The notes below the pieces were generated by a model. It did not search any database. It worked only from the letters and a program-made list of their open reading frames with translations, and was not told the DNA's origin. 64,000 nucleotides of DNA from Octopus vulgaris. Taxonomy: Eukaryota. The stretch is from positions 12,710,001 to 12,774,000 of the forward strand of contig OX597827.1 of the NCBI GenBank assembly GCA_951406725.2. Reading direction: 5' to 3'. The position numbers and the translations under genes were made by a program. Positions 39,832 through 53,622 of the stretch are shown piece by piece. Numbering within the stretch: the stretch's first letter is position 1; each line of letters begins with the position of its first letter.

Positions 39832-40417
39832 ATGATGATGATGATGATGATGATGATGATAACGATGATGATGATGATGATGATGATGATGACGATGATG
39901 ATAGTGATAGTCGTGATGGTGACGATGACGATGATGATGATGATGATGATGACGATGATAATGACGATGACAATGACGATGAAGAGGATGATGATGACGA
40001 CAACGATGATAGTGATTGGTGATGATGGTGACGATGATGGTGACAATGATGATGACGATGATGATAGTGATAGTCATGATGGTGACGATGACGATGATGA
40101 TGATGATGATGACGATGATAATGACGATGACAATGACGATGAAGAGGATGATGATGACGACAACGATGATAGTGATTGGTGATGATGGTGACGATGATGG
40201 TGACAATGATGACAGCAACAATGATAACAACAACGACAATGATAATATGGTGGTGATGATGATGGGGGTGATGATGATGATGATGATGATGATGATTATG
40301 GTGGTGGTGGTGGTGGTGGTGGTGGTGGTGTTGGTGGTGATGACGATGATGGTGGTGGTGGTGATAGTGGTGGTGATGATGGTGATGATGATGATGGTGA
40401 TGATGATGATGATGATG
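39832..40417. repeat. (GAT/GAC/GGT)n array containing a duplication of about 160 bp
   Basis: The block ...gaagaggatgatgatgacgacaacgatgatagtgattggtgatgatggtgacgatgatggtgacaatgat occurs twice. Confidence 0.9.
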
Positions 40418-41306
40418 TTCCGCTAAAAACTAAAAAAAACTGCAGCAACAATACAAAGAAAATAGTAAATAGTGTGGAAATGTCCCAGCATTCACAAGGA
40501 GTAAGGGGTGGTGTGGGGCGTGGTAGAGGGCAGGGTTTGCCATGCGGAGGAAGAAAGCAAACATCATACAATACATAGTGTAAAAAGATCTTCATGGAAA
40601 TCTAGAAATAAATTGTAACACTTTGAGTCACATCCTCAAATCCACAGCTGCATTACATCAGACTATACAATCACATTACAATAACTAATGTATAACTACA
40701 CTGTATTACACTTATAAAGTGGCAGCTTCTATGTCAGTGTTCAACTATTTAGAAATAGCAGCTAAATCTATCTTGCATAAGGAAGCGAGCTGGCAGAATT
40801 GCCAACGAGCTGGGCAAAATGCTCCCTGTCGTTTTGTCCGTCATCGCATCTGAATTGAAATTATCTTGAAATTCAACTTTGTCTTTCATTCTTTCTAGTT
40901 TGATAAAATAGGTACCAGCTGGTGGTCACTGGGTCAATGTAATTGACTTACCTTTCTCCCTAAATTGCTGGCTTTGTGCTAAAATTAGAAAGCGATATCT
41001 ATCTTAAGTTACAATCTACTGTTTTATGCCCTTTCGATACCAACCCAGCTGAAACTGCCTCTGGGTCTGTAGTACAAATGTGTTGTTTTCGTAAGTTTTG
41101 AATTAAAATCTTCCACTAAACCTGACATCGCTAGAAAAAACTGCTGTTCAAATCGAAAAGATCCACACTTTGTACTAAATTATACCAGCACAATATACTG
41201 CTATACTGCAATACTATAAATTAAACTACAACAGTCCATTACACTGCAACATTACAACATTTGATATTACACTGATAACACACACCAGTATACTTGTATA
41301 CAACAA

Positions 41307-41704
41307 CTAGCAGTATCGCTCGGCGTTGCTCGGGTTTGTAAGGGAAATAACTATATAAGTATTTTTAGAGAGTTATAGCCAAAAAATAGCAAAAAAATGC
41401 ATTAAAAATGGGAAAAAAATGATGGTAAATTTTTTTTAAATCGTTGACTCATCGTAGACATTTTTAGAGAGTTACTTCCCTTATATAATAGTGGAAAAAT
41501 GCATTAAAATGGAAAAAAAATTATGGTAAATTATTTTTAAAATCGTAGACTCATCGTAGACGCGCGCTAATACCCAGAAGGGCTCGATATGAATCACGAC
41601 TATAAGATACCCGGTTTTGGTTAAACTGCACCGCAAAATGTGGGAGTAGTTAGGAATCTAAATCGGAGGAGACAGACACACAACTTCACTTTTATATATA
41701 AAGA
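41307..41704 (-). mobile_element. Non-autonomous Helitron H1, complete
   Basis: TC...CTAG termini on the minus strand. Confidence 0.92.
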
Positions 41705-42253
41705 TATTTTACTTTGCACTATGATAGTACTCTGCTCTATTATCCTTTGGCAACATTATACATTCTTACACCACAATACTCTACGGTTATATAAAAATAT
41801 ACGCTGCACTGAAGCAAATCACACGTGTAAAACAAAAGACAGATTTTAAAAAAATAGAAATGAATACAGGAAAATATCTCAAGGTTGTCACATCTCAACA
41901 TTTCTTTATTTGATAAAAGTTCATCAAAACAACATCTAAAAGAGTAGCAGCAACTCTAGAAAGAGCAGCAGAAGTTTTAAAATTAAAGAAACAAAGAAGG
42001 ATGTTGCCACGAAAACATGGCATTGACATGTTTTCTTTGGAAAATATCATAAACTTCAGCTTCTTAAAATAAAGAATGCGTAAACCTGATGTCGTGTAAG
42101 AATTCAGGAATTTGTTTTGTTTGTTGGTGTGTTTGTCTATTTTTATCAGTGAAATGTTACAGTTTTTGAAATAGTTTCAATCATGATTTTCAAGATTTTG
42201 CACGAAATAATCTCCTCTTAACAGAGCAGATTAGTTAAAATATTAAATATATT

Positions 42254-42256
42254 ACT

Positions 42257-42293
<37 letters not shown>

Positions 42294-42296
42294 GCT

Positions 42297-42327
<31 letters not shown>

Positions 42328-42396
42328 CTGATGATGCTACTACTACTACTACTACTACTACTATTACTGTTGCTGCTGCTGCTGCTGCTGCTACTA

Positions 42397-42428
<32 letters not shown>

Positions 42429-42443
42429 ACTACTACTACTACT

Positions 42444-42474
<31 letters not shown>

Positions 42475-42543
42475 ATGATGATGCTACTACTACTACTACT
42501 ACTACTACTACCACTATTGCTGCTGCTGCTGCTGCCGCTACTA

Positions 42544-42575
<32 letters not shown>

Positions 42576-42604
42576 ACTACTACTACTACTACTGCTGCTG
42601 CTGT

Positions 42605-42676
<72 letters not shown>

Positions 42677-42760
42677 CACTATTGCTGCTGCTGCTGCTAC
42701 TACTACTACTACTACAGCTGCTACTACTACTACTACTACTACTACTGCTGCTGCTGCTGT

Positions 42761-42792
<32 letters not shown>

Positions 42793-42930
42793 CTACTACT
42801 ACTACTACTACTACTACTGCTACTGTTACTACTACTACTGCTACTACTGCTGCTGCTGCTGCTGCTATTGCTACTGCTACTGCTGTCACCGCTGCCATCA
42901 CTGCCGCCACTGCCACCGCTACTACTACTA

Positions 42931-42968
<38 letters not shown>

Positions 42969-42992
42969 ATTGCCACTGCTAATAATAATAGT
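42254..42992. repeat. Higher-order (CTA)n/(CTG)n/(ATG)n array
   Basis: The same ordered block succession repeats about 4 times; explains the 307-aa and 255-aa low-complexity ORFs. Confidence 0.92.
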
Positions 42993-43215
42993 AATATTGG
43001 TTTCAAATTTTGGAACAAAGCCAGCAATTTTGAAAGCTGGGGTAAGACCCCCAGTGACTGACTGGTACTTATTCTAACAACCCTGAAGGGATGAAAAGTA
43101 AAGATGACTTTGCTGGAATTTGAACTCAGAACATAAAGCAAGATGAAAAGCCTTTAAGCATTTTATCTTGTTTGTTAATGGTTTTGCCATCTTCCACCCT
43201 TAATAATGATAATGA

Positions 43216-43420
43216 TGACCGCACAACCCGAAAGACAATGACATTGCATGGTGCCCTCCACTCCAAGGCAAATGTACACAGGCTCTACATGAAGAGGTGT
43301 AAAGATGGATGTGTGCTGAAGAGCATATGGGAGTGCATCAATGGTGAAAGAAGAAACCTGGCAAATAGAAAACAAGATCTGCTACCGTATACTGCTAAGG
43401 CAGAAGAATTTACCAAAAAA
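43216..43420 (+). pseudogene. R4/Dong-type ORF fragment
   Basis: TRKTMTLHGALHSKANVHRLYMKR...ECINGERRNL, homologous to 14030-14160. Confidence 0.65.
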
Positions 43421-43560
43421 TAGACTCGAGAGTGCTAATCAATTCTGATCACAAATAGCCAATGAGGGAGAAGAAACCCTACTCTACATGGAATTACATG
43501 GTCAGCTCCACCGTGAAGCCTTTTGTCTAGCAAAGCTAACAACTCTGCAAGCTCATCGCT

Positions 43561-43668
43561 GTAAATACCACCACTACTACTGCTGCTGTTGATGATCATA
43601 ATCATCATCTTCATGATGATAGAAGAAGAAGAAGAAGAAGAAGAAGAAGAAGAAGAAAAAGAAGAAGG

Positions 43669-43699
<31 letters not shown>

Positions 43700-44059
43700 A
43701 AACAAGAAAAAGAAAGAAAGAAAGGAAGGAAGGAAGGAAGAAAGAAAGAAAGAAGGAAAGAAAGCATTACTTTGGTAATTGACGTTTTGGTCATAAAAAC
43801 CTTTCATATAGGTAACGCAGCAAAGATACCTTGGTAAATACCACCACTACTACTACTGATGATGATGATGATAGAAGAAGAAGAAGAAGAAGAAGAAGAA
43901 GAAGAAGAAGAAGAAGAAGAAGAAGAAGAGCAAGAACAACAACAATAATAACGACAACAAGAAAAAGAAAGAAAGAAAGAAAGAAAGAAAGCATTGCTCT
44001 GGTAATTGACGTTTGGTCATAAAAACCTTTCATATAGGTAACATAGCAAAGATACCTTG
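43561..44059. repeat. Tandem duplication of a microsatellite-bearing unit
   Basis: gtaaataccaccactactac...(GAA)n...(CAA)n...gcatt..tggtaattgacgttt..gtcataaaaacctttcatataggtaac..agcaaagataccttg occurs twice. Confidence 0.9.
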
Positions 44060-44338
44060 ATCTAGCTGAACCAATTCCAACCCATCATCATACAATACAA
44101 CTGATCATATGAATCATATTAACTATTTTTACCAATCACAGAGATTGTAGTTATCTAGATTTCTTGTATCACCTCCAAGCGAAGCAGATTGCTTGGACGA
44201 TAACCAACTTTGTTTATGTAAGCCATGTTCAACATTGTAGTCAATACAAATTTAATTATTGAATTATAATAAATCATATCCTACAAAAAAGAATGGTAAA
44301 AATCAATCTAAATACAATTTAGTAAGAATGTTCAACTA

Positions 44339-44755
44339 GGCGCAGGAGTGGCTGTGTGGTAAGTAGCTTGCTAGCCAACCACATGGTTCCGGGTTCAGTC
44401 CTGCTGCGTGGCATCTTGGGCAAGTGTCTTCTGCTATAGCCCCGGGCCGACCAATGCCTTGTGAGTGGATTTGGTAGACGGAAACTGAAAGAAGCCTGTC
44501 GTATATATGTATATTATGATTATATATGTGTGTGTGTGTGTGTGTTTGTGTGTCTCTGTTTGTCCCCCTAGCATTGCTTGACAACCGATGCTGGTGTGTT
44601 TACGTCCCCGTCACTTAGCGGTTCGGCAAAAGTGACCGATAGAATAAGTACTGGGCTTACAAAGAATAAGTCCCGGGGTCGATTTGCTCGACTAAAGGCG
44701 GTGCTCCAGCATGGCTGCAGTCAAATGACTGAAACAAGTAAAAGAGTAAAGAGTA
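44339..44755 (+). mobile_element. SINE family A
   Basis: Full copy. Confidence 0.92.
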
Positions 44756-45394
44756 ATGAGTAGTTGTATGTGGCCTGTCTAACTAGACAGGATGCTGTCT
44801 CACTTGTAAAATGCCAGGTTTGATATCTTTGTGAAGGGTCATCAGTCTTTTGTGTATGGTAGATAGAACATTCTGAATGCTATGAATAGAGGTGGCAACA
44901 AATATTTATTCGATGATGCCATTATTATTTGTGTGGTTGCGTGATTGAGAAGTGTGTTTTTCAGCCATGTGGTCTGAAGTTCAATCCCATAACGTGGCAT
45001 TTTGGACACGTGTTTTTTCTATTATAGCTTTGGACCAACAAAAAATTTTGTGAGTTGATTTCATTGATGGAAACAAAAAGAAGTCTGTCATATGTGCATG
45101 CGTGTATATGTGTATGTGTGTGTATGCATGTATGTATGTGTGTATGTGTGTGTATATGTGTATGTGTGTATGTTTCTGTGTATGTGTGTGTGTCTATGTG
45201 TGTATGTATGTACATGTATGTTTGTGTGTATGCATGTATGTGTCTGTATATGTGTATGTGTGTATGTTTCTGTGTGTGTGTATCTATGTGTGTATGTATG
45301 TACATGTATGTGTGTGTGCATGCATGTATGTGTGTGTATGTCTGTATATGTGTATGTGTGTATGTTTCTGTGTGTGTGTATCTATGTGTGTACA

Positions 45395-45438
<44 letters not shown>

Positions 45439-45605
45439 TGTGTAGTTGTCTTGACATCACGTGATGGTTGTAGATGAGCATCACCCTCATACAAGCAATG
45501 TTGTTCACTTCCATTCTTCCATGGAAACCATATCTGGTCATGGGAAATGCTACCTTGTTTTGGAAAAAAGGTAAGGATTAGTACATCCAGTCATAGAAAG
45601 TCTGC

Positions 45606-45833
45606 TTAACCCTTTTGTTACCAACCCGGCTGAAACCGGCTCTGGCTCTGTAGTACAAATGTTTTGCTTTCATAAGGTTTGAATTAAAATCTTCCACCAA
45701 GCCTTAGTCACAATTTATGTTCCTAACACTAGCTGAATGATAACTAAGTTAGTTTACTTAATTCTTTGTTATATTTAAAATAATTGAAAGAAACACAGAG
45801 ATTCTCAAAATAATTACAGTAACGAAAGGGTTA
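45606..45833. mobile_element. piggyBac-like MITE, uninterrupted
   Basis: ttaacccttttgttac ... gtaacgaaagggttaa. Confidence 0.85.
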
Positions 45834-46093
45834 AACAGATTTTGCCTGACCCATACAAGCATGGAAAAGTGGATGGCAAATGATGATGATCAGGAATATG
45901 TTGATGATAAATATATATATGCATATATGCATAGCTGGGTAGTTGGAAATTTGCTTCCAAACCAGATGGTTCTGAGTTCAGTCTTATTGTGTGGCACTTT
46001 GAGCATTTTGGAATTTAGTGTCTTCTACTAAAGTCTCGGGACAACTGAGTCCTTGTGAATGGATTTGGTAGACAGAAATTGAAAACAGCTCAT

Positions 46094-46124
<31 letters not shown>

Positions 46125-46510
46125 TGTGTGCATGTGTTTTGTGTGCGCACATATGTGTATGTCTTTGATAACTCGATAACTGGTACTGGTGTGTTTACAT
46201 CATCATAACTTAGCAGTTCAGCAAAAATGACTGATAGAATAACCACACAGATGATGATTTGCTTATAGTGATCAGATGTCTGTGCTCACACAAGCTCTCT
46301 CCCACCATTAAATTGACATTACCTGTTCAGATGTACAGGGGCATGTCATGCCTCATGTCAGATGATGAAATGATAACAGAACACTGTGAAAATGAAGTGT
46401 TTTACTCAAGAACACGACACAAATCCTAGTCTGGGAATCGAAACCCTGATCACACAATCATGAGTGCAACACCCTAACCACGAAGCCATGCATGTATGTA
46501 TGTATGTATG

Positions 46511-46552
<42 letters not shown>

Positions 46553-46694
46553 AGTAGGTGAATGAATTATCCTCTGTTTATCGTCAGCATGGAAAATTCA
46601 TTTAACCGAAACCTGGGTAGCAAATTCATGTCTTCGAAACATATGTCGAGAGTAAAGGAATTTTGTTAACATCTTCGTTCGACTCCATTCTTTC

Positions 46695-46747
<53 letters not shown>

Positions 46748-47507
46748 ATACATACATATATATATACAGACACTCACACACACACATACATACACACACA
46801 CATACACACACATGTATACATTTATATATATATACATATATATTTAATTGACTTGTTTCACGGAAGATTACAGTCAATAAATGTTTCTTCTTCTTCCCCT
46901 TCTGGGTATGTTTGATAACCCAGTCACATGACTGATTATTTAAGGAAAAGCTTCTGCATATTTTCTCAAACTTTTCAAAACTTTACGATAAGGGTTAAGT
47001 TATGCTCGGCTTCTGGTGTTCATTGCACCAATCTGCTGCCCGCAACTCACCAATGCAGGTGAAACAACTTCATGCCAGAGATGTCTGGTTCCATCAGTAA
47101 TCTTGAACCAAATTTATTAATATTGCTTCTAGTCTGTCATTTATTTCTTTACAGTTTGCTAGTTTCCAATTTATGATTAATGCTTCAATGAATTAGTTCT
47201 TGGCGGGGGGGGGGGGGGAAGAAAAAAATAACATCTAACAATGAAATTACATAAGCTCTAGAAATACGTATTAATATTTTTCTATCATTATTCTTTTTTT
47301 TTTGATATTTTTTATTTTCTTATTTATTTTGGAAATATATTGTTTTAATGATTTATCATTATGAAAATTTGACATTAAATTGTAATTCTGATACCAATAT
47401 TAAGCATGATAAAAATTCTCTCCTAATTGAAAAAATAAAATAAAAAAGAAAAGAAAATTATGAGTTAAAAACTAAGGTTATTATTTTAAAGATAGTTTAA
47501 GAATACC

Positions 47508-47739
47508 TATTTCTCTATTACCCACAACGGGCTAAACATAGAGGGGACAAACAAAGACAGACATAGGTATTAAGTCGATTACATCGACCCCAGTGCGCAA
47601 CTGGTACTTAATTTATCGACCCCGAAAGGATGAAAGGCAAAGTCGACCTCGGCAGAATTTGAACTCACAACGTAACGACAGACGAAATATGGCTACGCAT
47701 TTCGCCCGGCGTGCTAACGTTTCTGCCAGCTCGCTGCCT
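47508..47739 (-). mobile_element. SINE family B
   Basis: TSD tagtttaagaatacc at 47493 and 47740. Confidence 0.92.
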
Positions 47740-48388
47740 TAGTTTAAGAATACCAACAAAACACTTACAGACAAAGGGACACATTATGGAAGGCAGGGAC
47801 AAATTTCTAGTAAATTCCATCATGTCAGAGATTTTAGGTTTCATCTGTGGTTTTATTCAATTAGTTTAATTAAATACCATATTTTTTGGTATGCCCAGTG
47901 ACATTAGTATAAAATGTGGTCATGTGATAACAAGCTTGCTTCCCAACCACGTTATTCTGGGTTCAGTCCACTGGGTGGCACCTTGGGTGAGCAGTTTCTA
48001 CTGTAGCCTCAGGCCAACCAAAGCCTTGTGAATGAGTTTGATAGCCCAGCATAATTATATCTATACGTGTTTGTTTTTGCATCTGTGTTTGTCCCCCCAC
48101 TACTGCTTGACAAACTGTGTTGGTGTGTTTACATCTTCGTAACTTAGCAGTTCAGCAAAAAAAAAAAAACATATCTGTAGCAGGTTTAAAAAAAAAAGAA
48201 AAATATGCACTGGTGTTGATTCATTTAACTAAAAGTTCTTCAAAGCAGTGCCCCAGCATGGCCTCAAACTAATAACTGAAACAAGTTAGGGATAAGGAAA
48301 AAACACATGTAAACATTCAAACATTGTCCATATCTTTCTAAATCCTGCTACATTTCACATGTAGCACTATACACCTTCTGTCACTCTT

Positions 48389-48422
<34 letters not shown>

Positions 48423-48827
48423 CTATTAGTTCTAAATCTCTGAATGTAAGACATGCAGCAACAGTACTCTAGAGTAAAGTTTATTTGCCAACATAAAGTG
48501 GCAGTCCTGATTAGGATAAATGTTACTGCTATTTAGCCCCAGGAAAATACCTTCTCCAGCTGGCTATCGGCATACTAACTGTGTTCTGATATTTTGAAAC
48601 TCAGCGCAAAGCTTTAGATAAAGAGAAAGAGAGAGAGAGAGAGAGAGAAGGGGAGAGAAGGGGAGAGAAAGAGAGAGAGAGAGAGAGAAGGGGAGAGAAA
48701 GAGAGAGAGAAATAGATAGATACACATACTCATACATGTGTTTGTGTGTGTGTGTGACTGTGTGTGTGTGTGTGTGTGTGTGTGTTTGTATCTGTGTCTG
48801 TTCCTCACCATTGCTTGACAACTGCTG

Positions 48828-48855
<28 letters not shown>

Positions 48856-48858
<3 letters not shown>

Positions 48859-50409
48859 GGCCATCCCATAAATAATGCGTTTTTAATACTTTTACTTTTT
48901 AAAATTAAGATAAACAAAGTTCATTTTTAATCAAAAATATACTTTCCTTCATTTTCTACAATGCTCTTTCCATCTATCTGATAGACTTACAAGGCCCTCT
49001 TCTAAAATTCATTTGTCCTTAATGAGAAATACTCCTCTAGTACTGTTCTGACCTTGTCTTCAGAATTCATATTTGTTTTATCCAAATGATTTTGAAGACT
49101 GTGGAATAAATTATAATCAGATGGGGCAATGTCCAGCGAATATAGTGGCAGGAGGTATTGATTCCTATTTAAACTACTCCAGCCTTTGGAATATCATCCT
49201 CCCTGTATGTGACCATACATTATTCTGATGGAAGTACACTTTTTGTCTTGAAACCAAAGATGGTCGTTTTTATTCTGGTGTTGACTTAAGCCACTCAAGT
49301 TGCTCACTGTAGATTTCCTTTGCTATCATTTGGTTTGGGTTTAAAAGTTCAAAGTGGACTAAACCTTTCATATTCCACCAAACAGATAACAACACCTTAC
49401 ATGGGTGAAGACCTTCTTTAGCCTGGAGTGCCGGTGTTTCTCCTTTCCTTATCCACTGGATTCAGTGTTTGACATTTTTACAGACAACACATTTCTCATC
49501 ACCAGTCACTATTTGGTCCAAAACAGGTTCATTCATGAGACGTAACAGCAAAGAAGAGCACACAATTACTCTCTGCATGCAATTAGACTCAGAAAGTTTG
49601 TTAAGTTAAGTTAAGTTTTTGGATCAAAAAGCAAAAAGCAAGGCCATATAGGGGGACATGGAGTTATGTACAGGGTGGTGTTCATGCAAAGAGTTCAGGC
49701 CATTTGTGGTCAAGGGAGACTTTGAACTGAGCGGTCGTCAGCATCTTCACTATCTCATCCGGCAGCTTATTCCACGGATCCGCAACCTGGAAGGAGAAAG
49801 CTCCTCCCCTTCGATTGAGATGAAATCGTTGCAGATAGAGCTGACGCTCTGGAGCAGGAGTGAAGAACAGCTCTTTCGAGAAGTTGAGAAACCCATTGAC
49901 CCAATTTGCTGACTTTTCTGATGGCATGCATGTGTTGATGTATGGTTGAATAACCGAATCCAAGCTTCTCTGTTAGTTCCTCAACACATACAATGGTTGG
50001 AGGATGTCCTTGTTGAGCCCTACAGATCTTCCAGGGTGAGGCTTGTCTTCTAGGCTGTAGTTTCTGGCTCAGAATTTCTGGAACCACTCTTGATACTGTA
50101 TCATGTTTATTGTCCAATCCCCATATACAGCATTAATAGTCCTTGCAATTTCTGTCACATAGTTGCCTTTATTGAACTCATAAAGCAAAATATGCTGGAT
50201 ATGCTTCTTTGTCGCTTTCATTTGAGCTTTGAAAAACACAATTGTTAAAATCGAACTGCTCCCTTCAAAACTTGCACTAAGAATAAGTACAAGTTAAAAT
50301 TACTACCTACTTTTATAGCAAGTTGATACAGATAGTTTATCTTCAAACATCTCCAACTTTTAGTTCATGCAGCTGATAAAAAATACACATTATTTATGGG
50401 ATGACCCAA
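48856..50409 (-). mobile_element. Full-length decayed mariner element
   Basis: TIRs ttgggccatcccataaataatg / cattatttatgggatgacccaa. Transposase remnants on the minus strand include EELTEKLGFGYSTIHQHMHAIRKVSKLGQWV, IVTGDEK and LHPCKV. Confidence 0.88.
49601..49884 (-). mobile_element. CR1/L2-like LINE 3' fragment inserted in the mariner WVPH(E/K)L motif
   Basis: RRGGAFSFQVADPWNKLPDEIVKMLTTAQFKVSLD and a (CTTAA)n tail. The mariner reads WVS | KLSESNCMQRV across the insert. Confidence 0.85.
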
Positions 50410-51133
50410 TATACACTCTAGATTTTGCAGAAGAAAGAATATGTTCGTTCTGAAGGTCTTAAAACTAGATTCTGCTTACAGTATATTAAATACATTTCTT
50501 GATACTGTTTTATGAATACTTGGAAAAGAATTTAATTTTATATTCTTTCTGTTCTACCGTTTATTCCTATCAAGCTTCCATTGAATACCAAACAATATTT
50601 TTGACAATTATTGAAGATCTTTATGGCTGCACTCATAAAGGATGATACCAATTGCTTTCTGTGATATAAATCTCACAATGGTTCACCTTGTAACAATTGT
50701 TGCTAATATAGGGACTAAACAAGGCTGTGTGGGAAAAAGCTTAGTGTCCTTTCATCCATTTTTATGTTCTGAGTTCAAATTCTGCCAAAGCTGACTTTAC
50801 TTTTCATCTTTTTCAGGGTTGATGAAATAAGGAGCAGTTGATCATTGGGGCTGTTGTAATTGACTCTGCTCCCAACCCTGATATTGCTGGCCTTGTGTCA
50901 AAATTTGAAACAAATATGGGAACTAAACAAGATGGTGATCTGACTGAATTGTTAACACAATGGGCAAAATGCTTAGCAGCTTTTCGTTTATCTTTATGTC
51001 CTGAATTCAAATTCTGCTGAGGTCAACTTTTAATTAATAAATTGAGTGTTGGGGGTCTGTGGTTGTTGATCTTTATATTTAGTCATAACTCAGGTTATTT
51101 ATATTAATTTATTTTTTAGTGTTTTTTATAATA

Positions 51134-51407
51134 GGCTGTGTGGTAAGTAGCTTGTTTACCAACCACATGGTTCCGGGTTCAGTCCCACTGCATGGCACCT
51201 TCGGCAAGTGTCTTCTACTATAGCCTCAGGCCGACCAAAGCCTTGTGAGTGGATTTGGTAGACGGAAACTGAAAGGGCATCCAGCCGTAGAAACACTGCC
51301 AGATTTGACTGGGCCTGATGAAGCCTTCTGGCTTCACAGACCCCAGTAGAACCGTCCAACCCATGCTAGCATGGAAAACGGACGCTAAACGATGATGATG
51401 ATGATGA

Positions 51408-51485
<78 letters not shown>

Positions 51486-51710
51486 GCATGTGTGTGTATA
51501 TGTTTGTGTGTGTTTGTCTTCCCAACATCACTTGACAACTGATGCTGGTGTGTTTACGTCCCCGTAACTTAGAGGTTCGGCAAAAGAGACCGATAGAATA
51601 AGTACTAGGCTTACAAAGAATAAGTCCTGGGGGTCGATTTGCTCGACTAAAGGCGGTGCTCCAGCGTGGCCACAGTCAAATGACTGAAACAAGTAAAATA
51701 GTAAAAGAGT
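51134..51710 (+). mobile_element. SINE family A with a family D fragment at 51274-51410
   Basis: The body is interrupted after gaaactgaaag. Confidence 0.85.
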
Positions 51711-52239
51711 ATATCTTAATTGTGGCTAATTGTGGCTGTGAAAGACAAATTTTATATTAGATTCAATAAATATTAAAAGCAAACTAAAACAAAAAAAAAT
51801 TTACCTATGGCACAGAGACTAAGCATATGAAGTGAATCACATCACCTTTATTTCATTTGATATCTACTGTGATATCATATGACCAATATTTTATATAATA
51901 TCCATTTATAGAAATCTACCGATATTATGTCTATTTAAACGTGTATGATTGGGGGAGAGAGAAAGAGAGAAAGAGAAAAAAGAGAGGGAGAGAGAAAAAG
52001 AGAAAAAGAGAGAGGGGAGAGAAAAAGTGTGAGGGAAAGAGAAAGAGGAGAGAGATTTACAGTTGAACTGTTATATGATCACAAAACATTAAAAAGTATG
52101 TCCAGTTGATTTTGATCTCAGACTTTCGAGAGGAGGTGTCTGTAACTAATATTTCATGTAAAAATTAGTATTTCCGATTTGTTGCCGTACATTGAACATG
52201 AACAACTGGCTGTATGTAATGAGGATGATAATAATAATG

Positions 52240-52302
<63 letters not shown>

Positions 52303-52878
52303 TACCCTGATGCAGTAATAAATGCCCTGATGCAGTACTAAGCAGTGGCTCTCATGGCTTCTGATCTTAACTGATTGGAAGTGTTATCATGTACTTTGTT
52401 TTGTCTTGGTATTAAAGATGGGCTACAGCAAATATTCTGCTCAATACCACAGATTTGCTTGTCAGTTGTTTGACCTTAACCAGTTGAGCATGTCCCTTAG
52501 TGGCTGACGATATGTGCATCTCTGATCACGAGCAGAGGTAGTCGGGGAGCATCATAGCCATGTGTTGAGAGGGATTCTTTGGGGTTTGAATAATTCACCT
52601 CTGGAAACATGGGTGGTTTTTTCAACATCCTTAAACAACCCTTATCCAGGGACCTTTTGAGCGGGATGGGCTACTCAACCTGAAGAAAATTCTAACTGGG
52701 CCCCACCTGCAAGGTCATGCACTGTTTATCTTGATATGAGATCACCATGTCGCGCACATATGGTTGTGATGCATGTGCCTGGTGTACCCTTATCAGACGG
52801 GTAGTCATGATGGGTATATTGGGCTTCGTATATTTTACCCCAGTGTCACTTTGATGGCATGAACTGCTCTCTCACTCA
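52303..52878 (+). mobile_element. Non-coding element embedded in (TAA)n, possibly a non-autonomous or 3' UTR R4/Dong derivative
   Basis: GC-richer island flanked by (TAA)n on both sides, with no ORF. The class assignment is inference. Confidence 0.5.
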
Positions 52879-52914
52879 ATAATAATAAGAATAATAATAA
52901 GAAGAAGAATAATA

Positions 52915-52952
<38 letters not shown>

Positions 52953-53496
52953 AATGATGATGATGATCCTTTCTGTTATAGGCACAAGGCCTTGAAATTT
53001 GTTGGAGGGGGATTGTTGATTACATCGACCCCAGTACTCAACTGGTACTTAATTTATTGACTCCAAAAGGATGAAAGGTAAAAGTCAATCTTGGCACAGT
53101 TTGAACTCAGAATGTAGTGATGGATGAAATACTGCTAAACATTTCATCCAGCATGCTAACAATTCTGCCAGCTCATTGCCTTGAATAATAATCATCATCA
53201 TCATCATCCTCATCATCATTTAACGTCTGCTTTCCATGCTGGCATGGGTTGGACGATTTGACTGAGGACTGGCAAACCAGATGGCTGCGCCAGACTTCAA
53301 TCTTGATTTGGCAGAGTTTCTACAGATGGATGCCCTTCCTAACGCCAACTACTCTGAGAGCGTAGTGGGTGTTTTTACGTGCCACTGGCACGAAGGGCCA
53401 GTCTGGCGGTACTGGCAATGGCCACGCTTGAAATGGTTTCTTTTACATGCAACCTGCACAGGAGTCAGTCCAGCGACACGCTTGAATGTTTTGTTC

Positions 53497-53622
<126 letters not shown>

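Noticed and set aside
39742-40595. Asp-rich and Met-rich ORFs resembling acidic matrix proteins
   Set aside because: A (GAT)n array with stops between blocks and no signal peptide or exon structure.
42218-43141. Longest ORFs (307 and 255 aa)
   Set aside because: Translations of a microsatellite plus SINE sequence.
47008-47042. attgcac (miR-92-like seed) in a short stem-loop
   Set aside because: The seed lies in the loop and the stem is too short.
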